64,000 bases of DNA from the human T2T-CHM13v2.0 reference genome, Homo sapiens, in NCBI RefSeq assembly GCF_009914755.1, contig NC_060935.1; one strand, written 5' to 3'. The notes under the pieces are model-generated. The model was not told the origin of the DNA. It saw only the letters and a program-made list of their open reading frames with translations, and made no database searches. The position numbers and the translations under genes were made by a program. Each line of letters opens with the position of its first letter. The first letter of the stretch is position 1. Positions 61,421 through 64,000 of this stretch are shown piece after piece.

Positions 61421-63417
61421 GCCCCCAAATAAGGTGGGAAAATAGCTGCAAAAATAGAAAAAGTTCCATCAGAAGAGATCATCAGTTTATCCTGTCAAAG
61501 AATCACAAAAAATGAGAAGGCCCCAGCCTGCCACAAAGGCTTTTGGCATTTATCATTGTGAACAAATGGGGATTTTTAAATTTTGAGACCTCAAAGTGTG
61601 TTGATGAGCAAAAGCCTCACACTGAATTCTCACAGCAACGTGGTGGCCTCACACCTGTCCCCATATACAGAGGGAGAAACTGAGGCCTGGAGAAGGGAAG
61701 GCCCAGAGCCGCCTACATGAAGCTGGTCACTACACCATTGCCTGCAAGTTCAGGTGGATGCAGACCTCAGAGCTCCATCCTGAAGCCCCCAAAGGTGCTT
61801 TTCTTCATCTAGTCAATGCTCCACTGCACCTAGCCATGACCAAAGTGTAAATCCCAAACCGGGGGTAACCCGGTGACACTCATTTGTCAGCAGGTGCTGC
61901 CCCAAGTGACCAGCCGGATGGATTGCTCACTGTGACCTTATGCCTGCAGGGCCCTTAATGGTTTACAAAGGGCTTTTCCAGCACTGCCCGATTTGCTCAC
62001 AATGATAATTAGTCGTCACAGTAACAAATGGGTCTGCAAATGAGGATCAGACCCAGATAGGGGGTTGAGCTCTGGCGCACTGCCTGGAACCCTGGTGCTC
62101 AACCCTAGTGGAGCTGCAGAAACTGCTGAGGTCTGTGCCTACCCCAGAATCCTGACTTAGCCTGGAGTGCTGCCTGCACAAAAGGATTTCTTATTTGAAG
62201 CTCCCCAGGAGATGCTGAACAGCCCCAAAGGAAGCCAGGCTGGATTTCAGGCTCCTCTGCCATGGAGCTGCAGCTTGGTTAGGGTCCGGGTGCTTCTCCC
62301 TGGATTACCTGGAGAACACCCATCGCCCCGTGTCCCTGGCAGGCTCACCGGCTCAGCCTTCCTTGACCCCCAGCCCCCTGGCTGTACCTTACCAGCCCCT
62401 GCAGTTCCTGGGAAACAGGTCTTACCCAGATCCCAGAGTGCGCCTCAGCCCACCTGTCACCTTCCCACTCTAGAAACTCAACTCCAAACCCACCTCCTCC
62501 ATGAAACAAGCGAGGAGTCACAAACATCCCCAGTGCCACCCCTCTGAGTTCCACAGGCCTGGCTTGGGCACCAGCATCTCAAGCATGTGGGCCGAGGCCC
62601 GGCTTCCTGCCCTGGGAGCTGGTCAGGCCATTGCTCATCCTCAGGGAGGTGTCAGTGCTGGTAGAGGCTGCAGATTGCCTCAAATGTTTTAGAATGTGAC
62701 GTTTCCCCCAGGGGCCCAAGGTTAACCGATTCCAAGCACTCAACGGCACTAAGAGTGCATTCTCTCAGTGCATCCTCAAACTAAGTCTATGAAGCAGCTG
62801 TTGTTACTACCTCCATTTCACAGGCATGGAAAATGACGCTCAGAGAGGTTAAGTAACTCAGGCGGGTAAGTGGCAGGGTCAGGATTCGAACTCAAGTCAG
62901 ACGGACACCGCAGTCCACGCTCCTTTTTATAGCCACACTGCTCCACCCACCTTGCCGTCCTTCTCACAAGAAGACACAGGAGGAAAGAGTCTCAGATCAG
63001 GAGTCGGAGCTGCACAGCCGTGCACTAGGCGTGTTGCCTCAGGAGGCCAGGAAAACGGCTGAGTCCTGCCTATGGTTTGGGCTGAGGCCCATAGTGTGGC
63101 CTGTGATTTATCCCCCAAGCAGGACACTTTGAAGAGTAAAAGAGGCTTTTAAGCTATTAATAATGATGATAGGACAGTGTTGGTCAGGACTGTCCCAGGC
63201 AAGCAGGATATGGGGTCACCCAACATGGAGTTGAAGTTAGCTAAACTCTCGGAACCTCGATCTCCTTATATTTAAAGTGAAGATATCATGAGCACCCACT
63301 AAAATAATTTGTGAGACCACACTAAACTATAAAACCTTACATCCAAATGTAGGTGTTTTGTTTTGTTTTTTAATTTACAACAACAAACAAGACTGGGTGA
63401 ACTCATTCATGGTCTAA

Positions 63418-63748
<331 letters not shown>

Positions 63749-64000
63749 GGCAAGTTACTTTCACCCTCAGGACCTCAGCAAAGTAACTGGTGTTGTGATG
63801 AAGGGGTCTGCCCGCATTTGAGTTGTAAACTGACAGCAGGTGGGCCACATTTTCTCTATATGACAAGTTTTGTTCGGTCAGTAAAGTGTTGACGTTCTTG
63901 AATTTGAATGCCACGGCCCTGCCACACCCTGTTGGCTTGTACCTGGCCTGGCCTGATCACAGGGTATAGACATCTGCCTGACCCCTGTAGGTGCCTAGGT

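Overview
This window is human (primate) genomic DNA from the CD6 locus (chr11q12.2 by established knowledge). It starts inside CD6 intron 1 and contains coding exons 2-13 on the + strand (11769-24513), all with GT-AG boundaries. Their lengths sum to 1958 nt, and adding the 49 coding nt I recall for exon 1 (outside the window) gives the 668-aa CD6 ORF. The 3' UTR ends near an ATTAAA signal at 25549. The remaining ~38 kb is intergenic DNA (towards CD5, which is not reached) dense in Alu, L1, LTR and DNA-transposon remnants. This haplotype encodes W225, V257 and T271, the alternative alleles of three known CD6 missense variants. I find no support for a new protein-coding gene or a novel multi-gene system. 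Nearly all non-CD6 ORFs in the track are Alu-derived, GC-rich shadows or intron read-throughs. The best leads are regulatory: (i) a candidate poison/pseudo-exon in intron 5 with an immediate stop, a G-quadruplex and a perfect donor; (ii) a perfect ETS:RUNX composite with adjacent MYB/CRE-like sites 1.5 kb downstream of the gene; (iii) fully modular phase-1 exons with weak donors, a NAGNAG acceptor and a decoy donor beside the transmembrane exon; (iv) several T-cell-type motif clusters; (v) unusual duplication and Alu structures. Repeat boundaries and family names were judged by eye and are approximate.
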